Source: Mytilus trossulus (lineage: Eukaryota). From it: a DNA stretch of 64,000 bases. Both the position numbers and the translations under genes were made by a program. Below, in pieces: positions 26,207-39,760 of the stretch. Within the stretch, counting starts at the first letter, position 1, and the number at the start of each line of letters is the position of its first letter. Under the pieces are notes generated by a model. It was not told the origin of the DNA and made no database searches. It worked only from the letters and a program-made list of their open reading frames with translations. The stretch lies in NCBI RefSeq assembly GCF_036588685.1, contig NC_086379.1:68138001-68202000 (forward strand), in the 5' to 3' direction.

Positions 26207-29200
26207 TTATGCCTCTACATCTAAACCAAGTCCTATTTTATGACCTCCTTGGTTGAAGTTCTTGCCTTCTATGAGAGTTGACAGAGTAAGTTTAACACCT
26301 ACAAAAACAAAGACAAAATGTAAATATTTCAGTTACAAAATTAAACTAGATTTTTTGATACACAAAAAAATCGTATATTTTGTCAAACATCATTTAATTT
26401 CATCAAATTTTCTTTATCTATTATTCAACTTTTTACTTTAAAGATTTAGTCTAACAGAGCAGCAGTCAATTACTTGCTAAAGTTATTGATATCATTTGAA
26501 TTACATTTAAAGATGTAATTGATGACATTAAAATTGTATTGATTTTTCGAAATAAAATTAACAACATTACATTTACATCGTAATGTAATTCTAAATAACA
26601 TTTCATCTTCTGTCTTTTGTGCTACAATAGTTATCAAAGGTACCAGGATTATAATTTCATGCATTTCATCTACATAAGACTCAACAGTGATGCTCATATC
26701 AAAATATTTATAAAGCCAAACAAGTACAAAGTTAAAGAGCATTGAGGATCCAAAATTCCCAAAAAGTTTCCAAATACGGATAAGGTAATCTTTGCCTGGG
26801 ATAAGAAAATCCTTAGTTATTTTTTAAATTAAAAGTTTTGTAACAGGAAATTTATAAAAATGACCATATAATTGATATTCATGTCAACACCAAAGTGCCG
26901 ACTACTGGGCCGGTGTTACGTACATACTTTGTTATTTGGGATAAAAATTTGAATCAGTTAGTATGAGGCTTCTTTACATGCAATGCTTAGCATTGAAATA
27001 TTTTGGTTACTTAATATAGAATTTCTTTAATATATTCAATCTAGTCTTTGAAAATTGACCTTGATAAACATCTTAAGTCCATTGTTTATGTCTATCATTT
27101 CTTACTGTAAAAAAACTAGTAATTTTTGGGTATTGACACACCAGTATTGTAATTTTAATAACACTAAAGTGGTCTGAATTGGTCTAGCATATGTTCTTGA
27201 TAGTTTAGTGAATTATCAGCAAAGTTCATTATAGACTCTTTTTAAAATATTACACATTTGTTTTTATTCCACATTATTTAATTTCTATAAAGGGCAGATG
27301 ATTGTTAATAACAAACATGAAAACAATTCATAAATTGTACTTTTTACATACCATCTCTTAATTTCTGGGAATATCCCATTCCAATCTGACTGCTGTTGTT
27401 TACTTTCAACTACAATAAAAAGCATGGTCTCATATAATAAAACTTTATAACCAAGCCAATGTTTATAAATGTAACAGATTTTCAAGTATTTAGATTGTGT
27501 TTGAGTGACATAATCCTGAATCTGTGTAAAATATTTGTTAATATGTTTTTGCAACAACCGTAATGAGGTAAAGACAAACTTTTTCAAAATCATATCCAAG
27601 ATTGGTTAAGATTGACCCAGTGGTTGCAGAGGAGCAAATTTGTGTGCAAATTAATGGATGAAAAACACCAAATTATTACAATAACATATACTGGAGCAGA
27701 CAGCAAGCTAAAAATCAAAAGGAGAAATTGATACTAAACTCTTATTTATTTGAAACTGACTGGAATACATTTCTAACTTTGTCATAATGAATACTTACAC
27801 TGACTGAAGAATCTCGGTCTAATACATATTTGGCCCCCAATCCAAATCTTGTAGCGTTACTTCCTGCGGCCCAGTTGAGGCTGACTCCAGCTTCTAAATC
27901 ATCACTGACTCGTTGGTAAATAGATGCACCAAATTCAGCTCCATCATTTCTACATTTTAAATCATTCATTTTTTAAACACAGGTAAAATGTTCATAGTCA
28001 TTTTTTTAAGATACAAAGATGCAAGAGTCTAAAATTAAATCATAAAATATCTACTCTAGACACCCATGCTTAATTTCACAATACCGTATATCAGTGAATC
28101 AGTATATCAGGCCACTAAATATGTTTTTAAAAGGCAATGTGATGACAAATAAAATGTGAGCACACCACTTTAAAGTGTGCTGAAAGGACAAAACTAACCT
28201 TAATTGACTAATATGTTATGGAACGTCACGTGAGGAAAATCAAATGAGATTTTTTTAAGAAAAGGAAATGTGCCTTCAAACTTGAAAGTGGTTTTGAAGA
28301 AATTTTACTCTTAATACCATACTCTATGACTTTCATTTTGTTCTATTTCTATTTCTAGGAGTTAATCCTAAAAATTCTTTTAAATTTTCCTTTCATAATA
28401 CATATTTTGTATGATTTTTATCACTTATACAATAACATCTCCATGCCTTATATATCAAGTACTGTAGTACGCCGCTAGATTAAAACTGACGAGGAAAGGT
28501 AACAGTTACACATGGCCACCGAAAGCTTTATTTTTGTAGAGTCCAAGTGGTCATGTGGTCTAGCGGGACGGCTGCAGTGCAGACTATTTGGTGTCACGAT
28601 ATCACAGTAGCATGGGTTCCAATCCCGGCGAGGGAAGAACAAAAAATTTGCGAAAGCAAATTTACAGATCTAACATTGTTGGGTTGATGTTTAGAGGTAT
28701 GTTTAGATGTACTTACACATTTGTATGGAGTGTAAAGTCACCAGTAGAGTAACCTACAGCAAAGTTGCTCTTGGAAAGTTTTGATTTGGAAGTATCAAAG
28801 CTCATCTGGTATCCACCAAGCCAGCCATTATACCTGTCATAAAGAGAGTAGATTTAACATTACAATATCAATTTCACATCAGTGTCACATATCATTAAAT
28901 ATAATTAGTCAAAAAGAAAATTTATTTTTTATTGGAAAATGCATGAATCATATATTGTGTGTGCATTTAGCAAATTTTGTTGGTTCAAACTGGAGTGTTT
29001 TAAACAGGACTCCCCTGCTGATCACCAGGCCAGGGAAGAACTGGCACTGCAGGACCAATTAAGCTTAAAATTAGCTTGCCTATTGAGCCATTTGAGTTTA
29101 AGAGGTCTATTATGTATTGGTAGAAATAAAATCTTTATGTGTCCTCTTCTGAACAGAACAGTTTGTACAAAAATTGAAGTTTTTCCTTTTGCAATTGCCA

Positions 29201-32200
29201 CAATAATTGTGTGATTTAACAGAGCTATTATCTATTTCACAGGCAAGCCCACCTTACAATTGAATGTTTTGGTGAGCTGTGTTACATATTATGACCTTAC
29301 CCTAATACTAAGGCACCATTCACAGCTGGTCCGGCAAAATCAAAGTTAACATCACATTCCATATTTACATAATCTTGTTTGTATCCAGTCTTAATTGTTC
29401 CCTGCTTCTTTCTGAAAAAAAAAGTTGGTGATATATACCTCTAAACATTTGCTAAAATGAACCATGCAAAATTTAACTCGTCGTTTTTTCTGAAATATTT
29501 TTTTCAATTCTACAGGCTTAAGACTTAGAATGTACATACAAAATGTTCAATTACAGTCAGGGTTTCCCTGGGTATATTTTATTTGTTGCCACTTCTTTTG
29601 CCAGAACAACCTTTTTTTTGCCACTTTCATTTTTTGCCAACTTACATATCTTTCATTTTTGACTTTGCTTCTTTCTATTAAAAGAAAAAATGTAAGGGGG
29701 TTTATTGGCACTCAGTGTATCTCTTTCATAATTTTAAAAGCTATTAAATGGTTTAGGAACTTTTAACTGCAGATTGTATGTAATGTTAACTGGAAGAAAA
29801 CTATGTACATAATTAAGTAGCTTAAAGAAAAACAGGAAATTTATTTTTACAAAATTTCCTTTAAGATACCATCTTTTGATCATAAGCAAGCTTCTGTCCA
29901 AATTTGATAGAAATCCAGGATAGTTTAAGAAAGTTATTGAAATTTTTAAAACTTTAACCACAAAGTGTATGCAATGTTAACTGGCTGAAAAACTAAGTCC
30001 ATTTATAAGTTAAATACGGATTTATAAACAGGTTGGTTGTTTTAACAATTTTTTTTCTGGATACTACATTTTTTTGCATCTTATGATCATAAACAAGCTT
30101 CTGTCCAAGTTCGGTAGAAATCAAGGACAGTTTTAATGTTTAAGAAATAAATAAAAATTTCAAACTCTTTTACAACAGAGTGAATATTTGTGGATTCCGC
30201 AGACTACGGAATGTAGGATGGCCATGTCAACCTTTTTGGACTGACTGAACTAAGGGAGGGGCCAGCTTCAGTCAAACATGCTTCATTGATTCCTGATATA
30301 TTTAACCATTTTGTTCCCACATAAGAGAGTTCAGTCTTTTATTCAGGATTTCAACATTCATTTAAAGACCATTTGCATCTTTGCCTGATGAAATATTGAA
30401 TATTGGTATGTACATGTTTAGTGTAAATGTATTTACCTTAAGGGGTCTGTGAAACTTTAAACAGTAAATTGCCAGGGTTTGCGGGATAGTGCAAAAACAA
30501 AAGAAATGTTTAATTTACTGAAAACAAAAAATACATATACTGCTTTCAAGATAAGCATTTTACTATTGAAATTGAATATGCTGTCAGCGATCCATGAGAG
30601 ATTTGAATGTTTTATCTTTTCATTTTCCTCTAATTCAAGGTGTATCAATTTTGTTTAGTAATTTTAATTTAAAGTGCTAAAAGAGAAAAAAAATTGAATG
30701 TCAATTGCTTAGCATTGGATGTTATTAAATAATAGATTAACAGAAAACAAACTTTTGTGATTGTATAGACCTTATGTGGATAGTCCTGTTTTTATTATCA
30801 GATTATGTATGTTATTGAAAATAATCATTCTGATCATTCAATGGTAGTTTTAGAATTTGAATTTAATTCTTTTGTTCAAGGTGAAGGTCTATGTAAATTC
30901 AATCATTCATTACTTTATGATATTGAATACATAAATAAATTATTAAAGATTATATAAGATTCAGAGGTGAAATAAAATGCTTCGCTGAGTGCAGTCTGAT
31001 ATGTCTGCAGATGTTGAACCCTCTGTTCCCAGCCTTTCATTTGTGATATGAAACTTTTTGGTACAATATAAGAGACTTACACACAAGATATTGTCCGGAA
31101 ACGAAAAGTGGTTTCGGGTTTATTGCTAGTAGTCTTTAAAAAGTTTTAAACAAATTGATTCATTTAGATCGAACTGGCTTCATCAGTGGATGTTTTATTG
31201 GGCATAACGTAAGATTGATTTACGATCTTTTACAATATTCAGAAGAACATAACATTCCAGGCGTATTGCCTTTTACTGATTTTGAAAAAGAAAACATTCT
31301 CTATCTTGGGACTTTCGGGTATTAGTATTGCAATTTTCAATTTTGGTGAATCTATTATTAGCTGGGTTTAGGCATTCTAAAATAATATCTCATCTGCATT
31401 TATTTAAGTGGAAATCTTTAATTTACATGTATGTATTAAAAGTTTCTATTAAACTTCCTGCCAAATTCTAGTCTTTGATTTGACCCTATTTTTTTACCTA
31501 CCCTGTCTGTGGAGCAAATGTTGTGTCAAATGCTAATTTTAAACCTTGAACAATTTGGTCCTCAACAGTTATTTCTGTGTTTAACACATTGTCTGTTGTC
31601 CATTTTTCTTTGAATGTTAATCCTAGAAAAAATATCAGGAATAATTTAATTCTAGATAGCAATGCCATGTACAATGTAAACTATTTTCATTCACAGATTA
31701 GTATTGTAATTTACACACACTGGTATTTATTTTTATTCATGTGATTTATTCTAAATATTTTCAGTATTTATCTTAATGACTTATCAAGATGGAGAAACAA
31801 ATTGTTTATTCATTCTTAGATATTTTCTAAAATGAGGAAATTTTATGACAAAAATACAATCAGAACATGCGCAATTGTTAGAAATGTCACACTTGACCAA
31901 CCACATCTACCCTATCACATGTAAAAAAGGCATGTGCCCTCAAGCTGATTCATGACCGATTTCCTTCACAGTTGATTATATATAACTTATGCATCTTATA
32001 CAAAATGGCCCAGGCATGAGTCATGGCCTATTACCTTACTGTTGATTATTTACAACTGATGTATTTTCATAGCAAATAGTGTACATGTCCATAGTGATGC
32101 ACATTTCACATGATTAAAATATAAATAAACAAGGGACAAGGTTGTCAAACACTTGATTACTTAGTTGAGGTCTGTGTATATAATTTGTTTAGGTCAATAA

Positions 32201-32999
32201 ATCAGAGTTCAAGGGTAATTTGAAAGTAAACTTACCGTAATCTTTCCATTTGTACTTGGTTTCTAAACTACCAGCAACTTTACCAGTATCGTGATTGTGG
32301 TCTAATTTACTTGTGAATTCTACTTTACTATCTGTTTTTGTTTTAGCCTCTAGTTTGTTGGTGCCAAAGTCTGAAAAATATCATCAATCATACACAATAA
32401 ATTACTATTGCCTGTTAAACTTACAGGAGTTCTCAAATCTATTATTTTTTATGTCACAGTCAGATATGGGCGCGACTTATGTATTTTCTTCAAAGGTCAT
32501 TTGGATGGTTAATTAGATAGCATCAATCCCATGCATTTTAGATTGTTTTACTTTTTGATAATTAGGAAAATAGTTTTAGTATATTTTAAATCAAATACGA
32601 GAATTTGAGTCAACTTTGTAAACATGAATATGACAGCTAAACTTTTGTTTAGACAAATAAAAAAAATGTTTGAATATTGGTCTTAGGACTCGTACTTTGA
32701 AAAGTTTTAGTGTAGTCTGGTGCAATATTATTCAGCAGACTAGCTATCTTACAACATAACCATCCAAAATTATGCAAGTTGGATTTGTCAACTAAATTTC
32801 CTTCCAGAATAATTTGTTATTACATTTGTTTAATAGATGTCCGCTATTTTACAACTTTGTCAGAAATGTAACATATATATATGAAGATAAAAAACATGCT
32901 GCAATTGAACAAGGTTCATATCAAAAAGTACGTACTGTAACCTTTACTGAAGAGATCCCTGGCAGATTTTCCTAAATCGGAATATGATGGAGGTGCCAT
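26207..32999 (-). CDS. VDAC: Voltage-dependent anion channel (mitochondrial porin), 282 aa. Coding exons 32999-32936, 32370-32236, 31622-31502, 29411-29301, 28833-28717, 27949-27799, 27409-27352, 26298-26207
   Basis: Exons total 849 nt, all GT-AG and phase-consistent. [21 protein letters not shown]...GSLETKYKW...GLTFKEKW...KVNNSSQIG...[13 protein letters not shown]. Confidence 0.97.
26625..26915 (-). mobile_element. Degenerate retrozyme copy (second family) in the last VDAC intron
   Basis: CATCACTGTTGAGTCTTATGTAGATGAAA (mutated hammerhead core) with family flanks. Similar decayed copies at ~17770-17940, 21450-21635, 41030-41165 and 49665-49860. Confidence 0.65.
28541..28695 (+). mobile_element. 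tRNA-headed SINE-like repeat in a VDAC intron
   Basis: A-box-like TGGTCATGTGG and B-box-like GGTTCCAATCC. A homologous copy lies at ~62675-62795. Confidence 0.6.
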
Positions 33000-34620
33000 T
33001 GTACCTAAGAAAAAAATTAATAAACTATATAAAGAAAGAGAGGCATGATCATATACTATAATAAAATGCTTTGCTGAGCACTGCCTGATACGACTGCAAA
33101 GGTCAACAATGGACAGTTGAGGCAAATTTGGTCACAATATATATTTAAGCTTGATACTGTCTAAATATGGATTGTGATCAAATTTTTTACAAAATTAGGG
33201 TTTCTGACACAAAAAATGGGGTCAAAGATCTTTAAAATCTCTTCTGACACTACTAGACTATCTGAAATCACAAAATTCACAATAATATTTAACATTACGG
33301 TAGAAAAAACATGACGCTATGATGGAAAATTTCTAGCTGTCAATGAAGATTTCATGGCAAAATTGGGTCTCAATGCAATGTCCCGCCCAAAATTCTGTAG
33401 ATGTCCAGACGTAATAAAGATATCTTTAATTTATTGGAATTAACTAAAGGAACCAATCTTGTATTACAACTCCAATTTCCCGTGCATGGGAGGGAAACAA
33501 AATAGTGCATTTTTTTCTGTTTGATTATATGTTTATGCTAAATTGAAACATGTATAGACTTTTAAAAAAATCTTGCATTTTTTGGGGATATCAATCCAGG
33601 AAAGTGGAAGGATATCATGTTTACTGGAAGTGGTGCAGCCTTGTAAAAATACACCTAATCGCTATTTATTCCATTCCGGATAAGTTCTAAAATTACACAA
33701 CTTTTTTATCCAGTCGAAGCTATCTGGGACCCTGTTTAAACAATTCACCATGCATGATACTTTTTAATGAGACCTGTTTAATCTACCGTAAATACTTCAA
33801 ACAGAATATTTGTTTACCTCAATTTTAATTTCGAAAAAAGTGGATCATACTATATCAAATTTTCTTGATGATCACTTTCTAAAGTTTTCATTCCCTCAAC
33901 TCACTGCTGATGACCTCCATTTTCGGCCCACATGACCTAAACAGGAAGTTGTATAAATGACTGTTTTTCCAGGAATGGACTAAATAGCGATAAGGTGTAT
34001 AGCAAACAGAAAGTAGAAAAAAATGTTTTGACTTCAGGATTGCGTTACTTTTTATTCTTCGTGGCAAAATCCCCTTTTTTATCGATTAAATCACAATTTC
34101 ACATTAATACATACATGATATGAACATGAATTTTTTTTTTCTATGTAACATTTTTTTATTTTTTATTTTCAAAGATCAGCTGTTTTGCATGTAAGACTAT
34201 GGAGCAGTCAATTATCAGACTGCAACCTAAATTATTCATGATGTTACCCTTTCCTTTAGGCTTTAAGGAGTTGGTTGGCCAGAGAATGCTGAGTGGGGAG
34301 ATGATGAACAAGTGAGTCGAATTGGTCAGGGACGAGTTAGCGAAAACGAAAGTCGATTTGGCATGGGCCGAGTTAGCACTGGGACGAGTTGTCACGGTCT
34401 TTCCATATATTTTTACAGATATTCCATGACGAAATATCCTTTCGAATTCGTTGAGGTCAGACACGGAGTCCGAGACAGATCTTTTTAAAGTTTTACCCTG
34501 CGTTGTTCGCATTAAATAGTTAATTTATTTGCTTGATTTTAAAAGCTGTTGTATTGATGTTTAAACAGAGACCCTTTTCATGCATAAATTTGATGCTATA
34601 AGTAAATATTTAATCCTTAC

Positions 34621-34700
34621 ACGCTTTTTCGCTTCTTTCCGTTTCTGCAGAGAGGACAAGAGAGTAATCAAGGTCACTTTTACGCAGTTTCCGGTTCCGA
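34621..34700 (-). promoter_or_regulatory. Putative non-coding first exon and core promoter of VDAC
   Basis: Minus strand: ETS-like CCGGAA, TGACC motif, polypyrimidine initiator CTCTCTTGTCCTCTC, then donor GT|GTAAGG at 34620. The acceptor at 33005-33006 lies 5 nt before the ATG, so an upstream exon is required. Confidence 0.5.
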
Positions 34701-35593
34701 ATTTTTGTCAAACAAAATTAATTACTGCATTTTATTTGTCACACGACGCGTTTAAACTTATGTTTTAAAACTTTAACCACTTAACCAAAATATCTTTTCA
34801 TTTATATAAAATCTTAATTATGGTATAACAACTAGGAGCCTGTTTGACTTGATATTATGCACGCTTAATACTTTGTTTTGGGAACCAGTATTAGAATTAA
34901 ACATACATTAAGTATACTGATCCCGTAAACATACCCCAAAGAACATGTTCACACCGATTCTCGAGTTGATATCAGTTATTTCCTTTCCTATAAAAAAAAA
35001 TTAAAATTAAAATTCCCTTACCAAACTACAAATCAAAAGTTCATACACATAAAACGAATGTCCGAATAATCGTCGTCACCACATTTTTGACTTGGTAAAT
35101 GCATTTTTTTGTGTCACGAGAAAATGGCGAATTAAACCTTGCTCAAACATGCCTTAATTCATTATTCTTACTCATTTCGTTTTTCTTTGATTTTACAGTA
35201 GGGGGCTGTTTTCTTCTTCTTTTGGTACAGCAACCATCAACGTACCGTGATGTTTATTTTCCGGCGCATGCCTGGTAAATGTTTCTAAATAAATTGATAA
35301 TGGATATTTTTTTGGTCAAAACTTTGATTAACAAATGATTTCTTGTTTAAAGTTGTTTTTGGTCATATATTTTCGTATTTTCATTTTTTTCTTTGTTTTT
35401 AATTTATTCATTTTTTTTTATTTAGTTTTAAATATTACATTTTGTATTAAATTTTTTTAGGTATAAGATATAAAAACAAGAGTATCCGTTTATTTCAAAT
35501 GAGGGTAGGTATCAAGGAGCACATCGTGAGTGAGTGCTGCATTGTAAGTTGAGGTTTTCTATAGTTGTGTTTTTAGTGATTTCAAAGGATAAT

Positions 35594-36071
35594 TATATCC
35601 CCGCTTTCAAAAAAGGGGGGTATACTGTTTTACCTCTGTCCGTCCGTCCGTCCGTCCGTCCGTCCGTCAGTCCGTCCCATGAAACTTTCGTCACATTTTT
35701 CTCAGGAACTACACATCCAACCTTTCTGTAATTTGGTATCAACATTTATATATTATGTCAGCCATACCGTGTGATGCGTTTTCAGATTCATCATTCATCG
35801 ACTTCCTGTTTACCGAACACTAGTATGATTTTACACAATATATAGCCAAGTTGAAAATTTTCGTCACATTTTTCTCAGGAACTACAATACAAGGATTTCT
35901 GAAATTTGGTTTCAGGATTTATATAAGTCAGCTATACCGTGTGATGCGTTTTCAGATTCATCACTCGACAGCTTCCTGTTTACCGAACACTTGCATATTA
36001 TTACACTATTAATATTATCCACTTGCGGCGGGGGTATCAACAGTGAGCAGTAGCTCGCAGTTTCACTTGTT
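35594..36071 (+). mobile_element. Complete HINE/pearl-like Helentron-associated element
   Basis: TATATCCCCGC...GCGGGGGTAT subterminal IR, (GTCC)n, two core repeats, 3' hairpin GTGAGCAGTAGCTCGC, ends CACTTGTT. Confidence 0.85.
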
Positions 36072-36399
36072 TGTTCCAGTCTTTCATAGCTGACTATGTG
36101 GTATGGGCTTTATTCATTGTTGACGGCCGTACAGTGACCTATATTTGTTAATGCTTGTGTCATTTTGGTCTTTTGTGGATAGTTGCCTCATTGGCAATCA
36201 TACCACATCTTCTTTTTTATATTTGATGGTTTGACAGAAAAAATAAAAATTATAGCTGTCTTTATTGCATCGAATTTGTCTGTAAGATCAGTCTACATTG
36301 GTGGATCTCGTAGTAGACTGGCTCTCTTGTACTACGTTATGCGATGGAATGGCTATATATAAATATTTTGAATTACAATTTTGTGGAAAATTATAAGCC

Positions 36400-37040
36400 T
36401 TGTTCGTAATCGTCGTTCTTGTAAGGTTTGTCATTTTATGGTGTTTAGCATCTCAGACACACTGCTTGTATTGTGATTTGTTGCACTCGTACCTTGCCGC
36501 CCGTCTCTGTACTTTTTCTAGTGATTTTATATTTTCGTTTGTAAATGGGTCCCATACAATACAATAGTATTCTAACTTTGGTCTTATAAGTGTTTGGTAC
36601 GCTCCTTCTTTAATTGTTTGCGATTGGACTTTGAGGTTTCTACTGATGAAATCTAAGGATTGATTTGCTTTTGCGGTGGTTTGTTGGATGTGGGTGTTCC
36701 ATTTTAGGTATGTTGAGATGGTGATGTCTAGGTATTTTGCATGTTTACCGATTCTAAAATGTGTCCATACATGTTATAATAAAAGTGGATGGGATTTCTT
36801 TTTGTTGTTATATTCATTATGTTACACTTGTCTCAGCGGATGAAAAGACGTAAGCCAATCTTTTCCCCATTGTATGGCAGCTGTCTAGGTCTTCCTGAAG
36901 CTTCAGGCAGTTGTTTTTGAGTTTTAATTTGTAGGTAGATTATACAGTTAGTGTCATTTGCGAAGAGTATGATTTTCTATGTTGGATGTAATGTGGGAGG
37001 TCATTTATGTATATTATAAAAAGTATTGGTCCTATACAGC
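36400..37040 (-). pseudogene. Degraded LINE reverse transcriptase fragment
   Basis: Minus strand reads GPILFIIYINDLP...LFA and further on AKYLDITIS, with stops and frameshifts. Ends approximate. Confidence 0.65.
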
Positions 37041-38622
37041 TACTTTTGCATAGGTACTTAAAAATTTGCAGTACTGGAAGTTTACTTGCAATATTTAGTA
37101 CGTTGTTTGACTTTAAAATGGTTGTAATATTGAGGTACTTGTATTTTCTAGTTTAAGTATCTTTAATAATGTACATATATTATTACATCTGTAAGTAAAT
37201 TATTTAGTTCAAAACCCTATGTATTCATTTTACTAAACCGTCGAACACAATATCGAGTTGAAACTTGGACTTGACTCTCTGTATACATACTTCGAAGACT
37301 CCGAGACAGCCAATGAGAAATGAAAGGATAACAGCAGTAATGATGCCAAATATCAAATTGGTTCCAATACATTTTCAAATCATACATTCTGCTAAAAAAA
37401 TAATTTCTTTCTATTTGAACATGAAAATAATAGAAAGCAACACCTTGGAACAGTATATCTAACAATATATATGTTCCTGGTTACACATATTCTATGCATA
37501 ATAATTACAATGATAAACAGAAGACATACAACAAACCAAATAGACACAATTGAACATAGTTTGGTAGTGTACATTGTAGCCGGAATGTGATTGCAAGACA
37601 AAGGCTGATTGGCCAGAGAAAACATGCAATGTAAGGTGTCTGTTGTTTATCTTTGTCAGTTTTATGACAATAAAGGAGTCCAGAGGTTCCCGAGCTGTTA
37701 TCTGCCATACTGAGTATTTGTTTTTTTTTATTAATCAGGTTTCTTTTAATCATAGTTTTAGTATTATCATATTGGTTTGTTCCAATGATAATTTGATTAT
37801 ATCAAAGTAAAATTGTGTTTTAACAAAACTGTTAAGTCTTTTATGTTACTTATATCTTTTTCGTTTTTTATTATCTTGAGCTTACTGCAAGGACGGCAGA
37901 AACTGCGTTTGAGTTCTGTTTTAAAGACAATACTATGATTTTGAGATAAAGCTAACAAACAATTATTCTTTTGATTCTGGTTTGTCAAGTATCAGTGAAT
38001 GGATTTTGAAGGTAGGAATGCAATATTCCCTTTATTGATTTATCCGTCAAATCATTTAAACTTTGATATTTCCAATCATGAAAAAGTGGAAACAAGAAGA
38101 CGAATTCGAGAATGCGATATAGGGCGAAAGGCATGTGTTAACCATAAATTCAATAATCACCAAAAGTGATCAGATGATTTAAAATTAGGCACTGGCTACG
38201 GTTACACGGAAATGTAACAATAATAAAAATATTATTGTTACATTGGAGACTAAATGCCGGAATGCATGGTTGGACAAGAACCTGTTTAATTACGAATGTA
38301 ACAATAATTATTGAGGCTACGGTTACATTGCGTTATTGTTACATGAAAAACAGCAATGTACGATGGGTAAAGTAATATGTACTAAATAATAAAAGTTGTA
38401 GACATTTATTTTATATTTACAATACATAAATTTATTACATACAAGAAACCAAATGACATAAAAATTAACGAGCAAAATTTCACTTAGACTTTTTCGCTTA
38501 GGATTATGAAATCTTCAGGCGACTGTGGAAGAACACAGTTTGTCATGATAACTTTATTACAAGGCACAGTAAATGTGCTTTGTCACGGTTTTTATTTGCG
38601 GGTTCTTTAATATGTATAAACC

Positions 38623-38656
38623 CAGAGACATATAATACAATTATTGTATGTCTCTG
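38623..38656. mobile_element. 34-bp palindromic transposon footprint with 7-bp TSD
   Basis: ATAAACC-CAGAGACATATAATACAATTATTGTATGTCTCTG-ATAAACC. Confidence 0.7.
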
Positions 38657-39409
38657 ATAAACCTTAGTATAGAAATTGCATAAGAAACGGCATAAAAAAA
38701 AATGCACGAAAGTCTAAAAAGTACATGACTGTGGTGGAAAACCTGCCATTCTTAATTTTTTTCTTATGGTCATCAAATTTTCAGTTATGACTACATGGAA
38801 TTTTTTAGGTAGTGTTATGTTGTTTTACAATACATATATTTCCGTTCTGATGATGTAAAATTGATAGCCGAGTTCTGTTATCAAACTCAATTTGGGTCAG
38901 AGCACGGATTTTGAAGTATTTAATTTATATTTTAAGAAAGAGAAGATAACTCCAAAAGTCCAGAAATAGGGTCCGAGGTCCATGCCTTGTTGCCAATGCT
39001 TGTTCTAAGTAAAATTGCAAAACATCAATAGTTCAAAGAAGTTTAAGATCAAGGTTAACATCTGTATAAATATAATTACAATCCCTCATCAAATGATCAG
39101 ATTCATGAGTCATGAGATACATGCATTAAAATTTCTCAAATGGGAGTTGGAGAGGACCATAAGTTGGCACAGACTTAGTCCAAAAATTATGATGTCTGGC
39201 ATATTTTTGTAGGAATGTATCCCAGAAAGAAAAAAAATTAGCCTTGCCAGACGTCATAATTATTTGGACAAGCATAGACTTGGCTGCGGAACTGTAGCTC
39301 TTAGGTCCTTATGTAATTTTTTGTCACAGGCAAGCCAAAAATAGAATGCATTAAAGTTTAGTTGAGTATTAATATACATGTATATCAAAGAGAACCAATC
39401 CGATGTAAA

Positions 39410-39760
39410 TCATGCTAATCAAAACTATTCTGTGTATAATTACTTATCAAAACTATTCTGCATATGTATTACTAATCATAACTATTCTGTATACTTATTA
39501 CTTATCATAACTATTCTGTATACTTATTACTTATCAAAACTATTCTGCATACTTATTTACTAATCAAAACTATTCTGCATACTTATTACTTATCAAAAAT
39601 ATTCTGTATACTTATTATTCATCAAAACTATTCTGCATACGTATTACTTATCAAAACTATTCTGCATACTGTATTACATATTACTTATCAAAACTATTCT
39701 GCATACTTATGACTTATCAAAACTATTCTGCATACTTATTGCTTATCAAAAATATACTTA
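39410..39760. repeat. ~29-bp minisatellite (ACTTATCAAAACTATTCTGCATACTTATT)n
   Basis: About 11-12 tandem units visible. Confidence 0.9.

Noticed and set aside
28139-28183. C/D box snoRNA (GTGATGA...CTGA) in a VDAC intron
   Set aside because: Antisense to the host gene, only ~45 nt, and no terminal stem.
28541-28630. Functional tRNA gene
   Set aside because: A- and B-box-like motifs are present, but there is no convincing cloverleaf. It continues into a dispersed repeat also found at ~62675.
33817-33940. N-terminal coding extension of VDAC (VDAC2-like)
   Set aside because: The ATGs I traced in this candidate exon reach stops before the donor.
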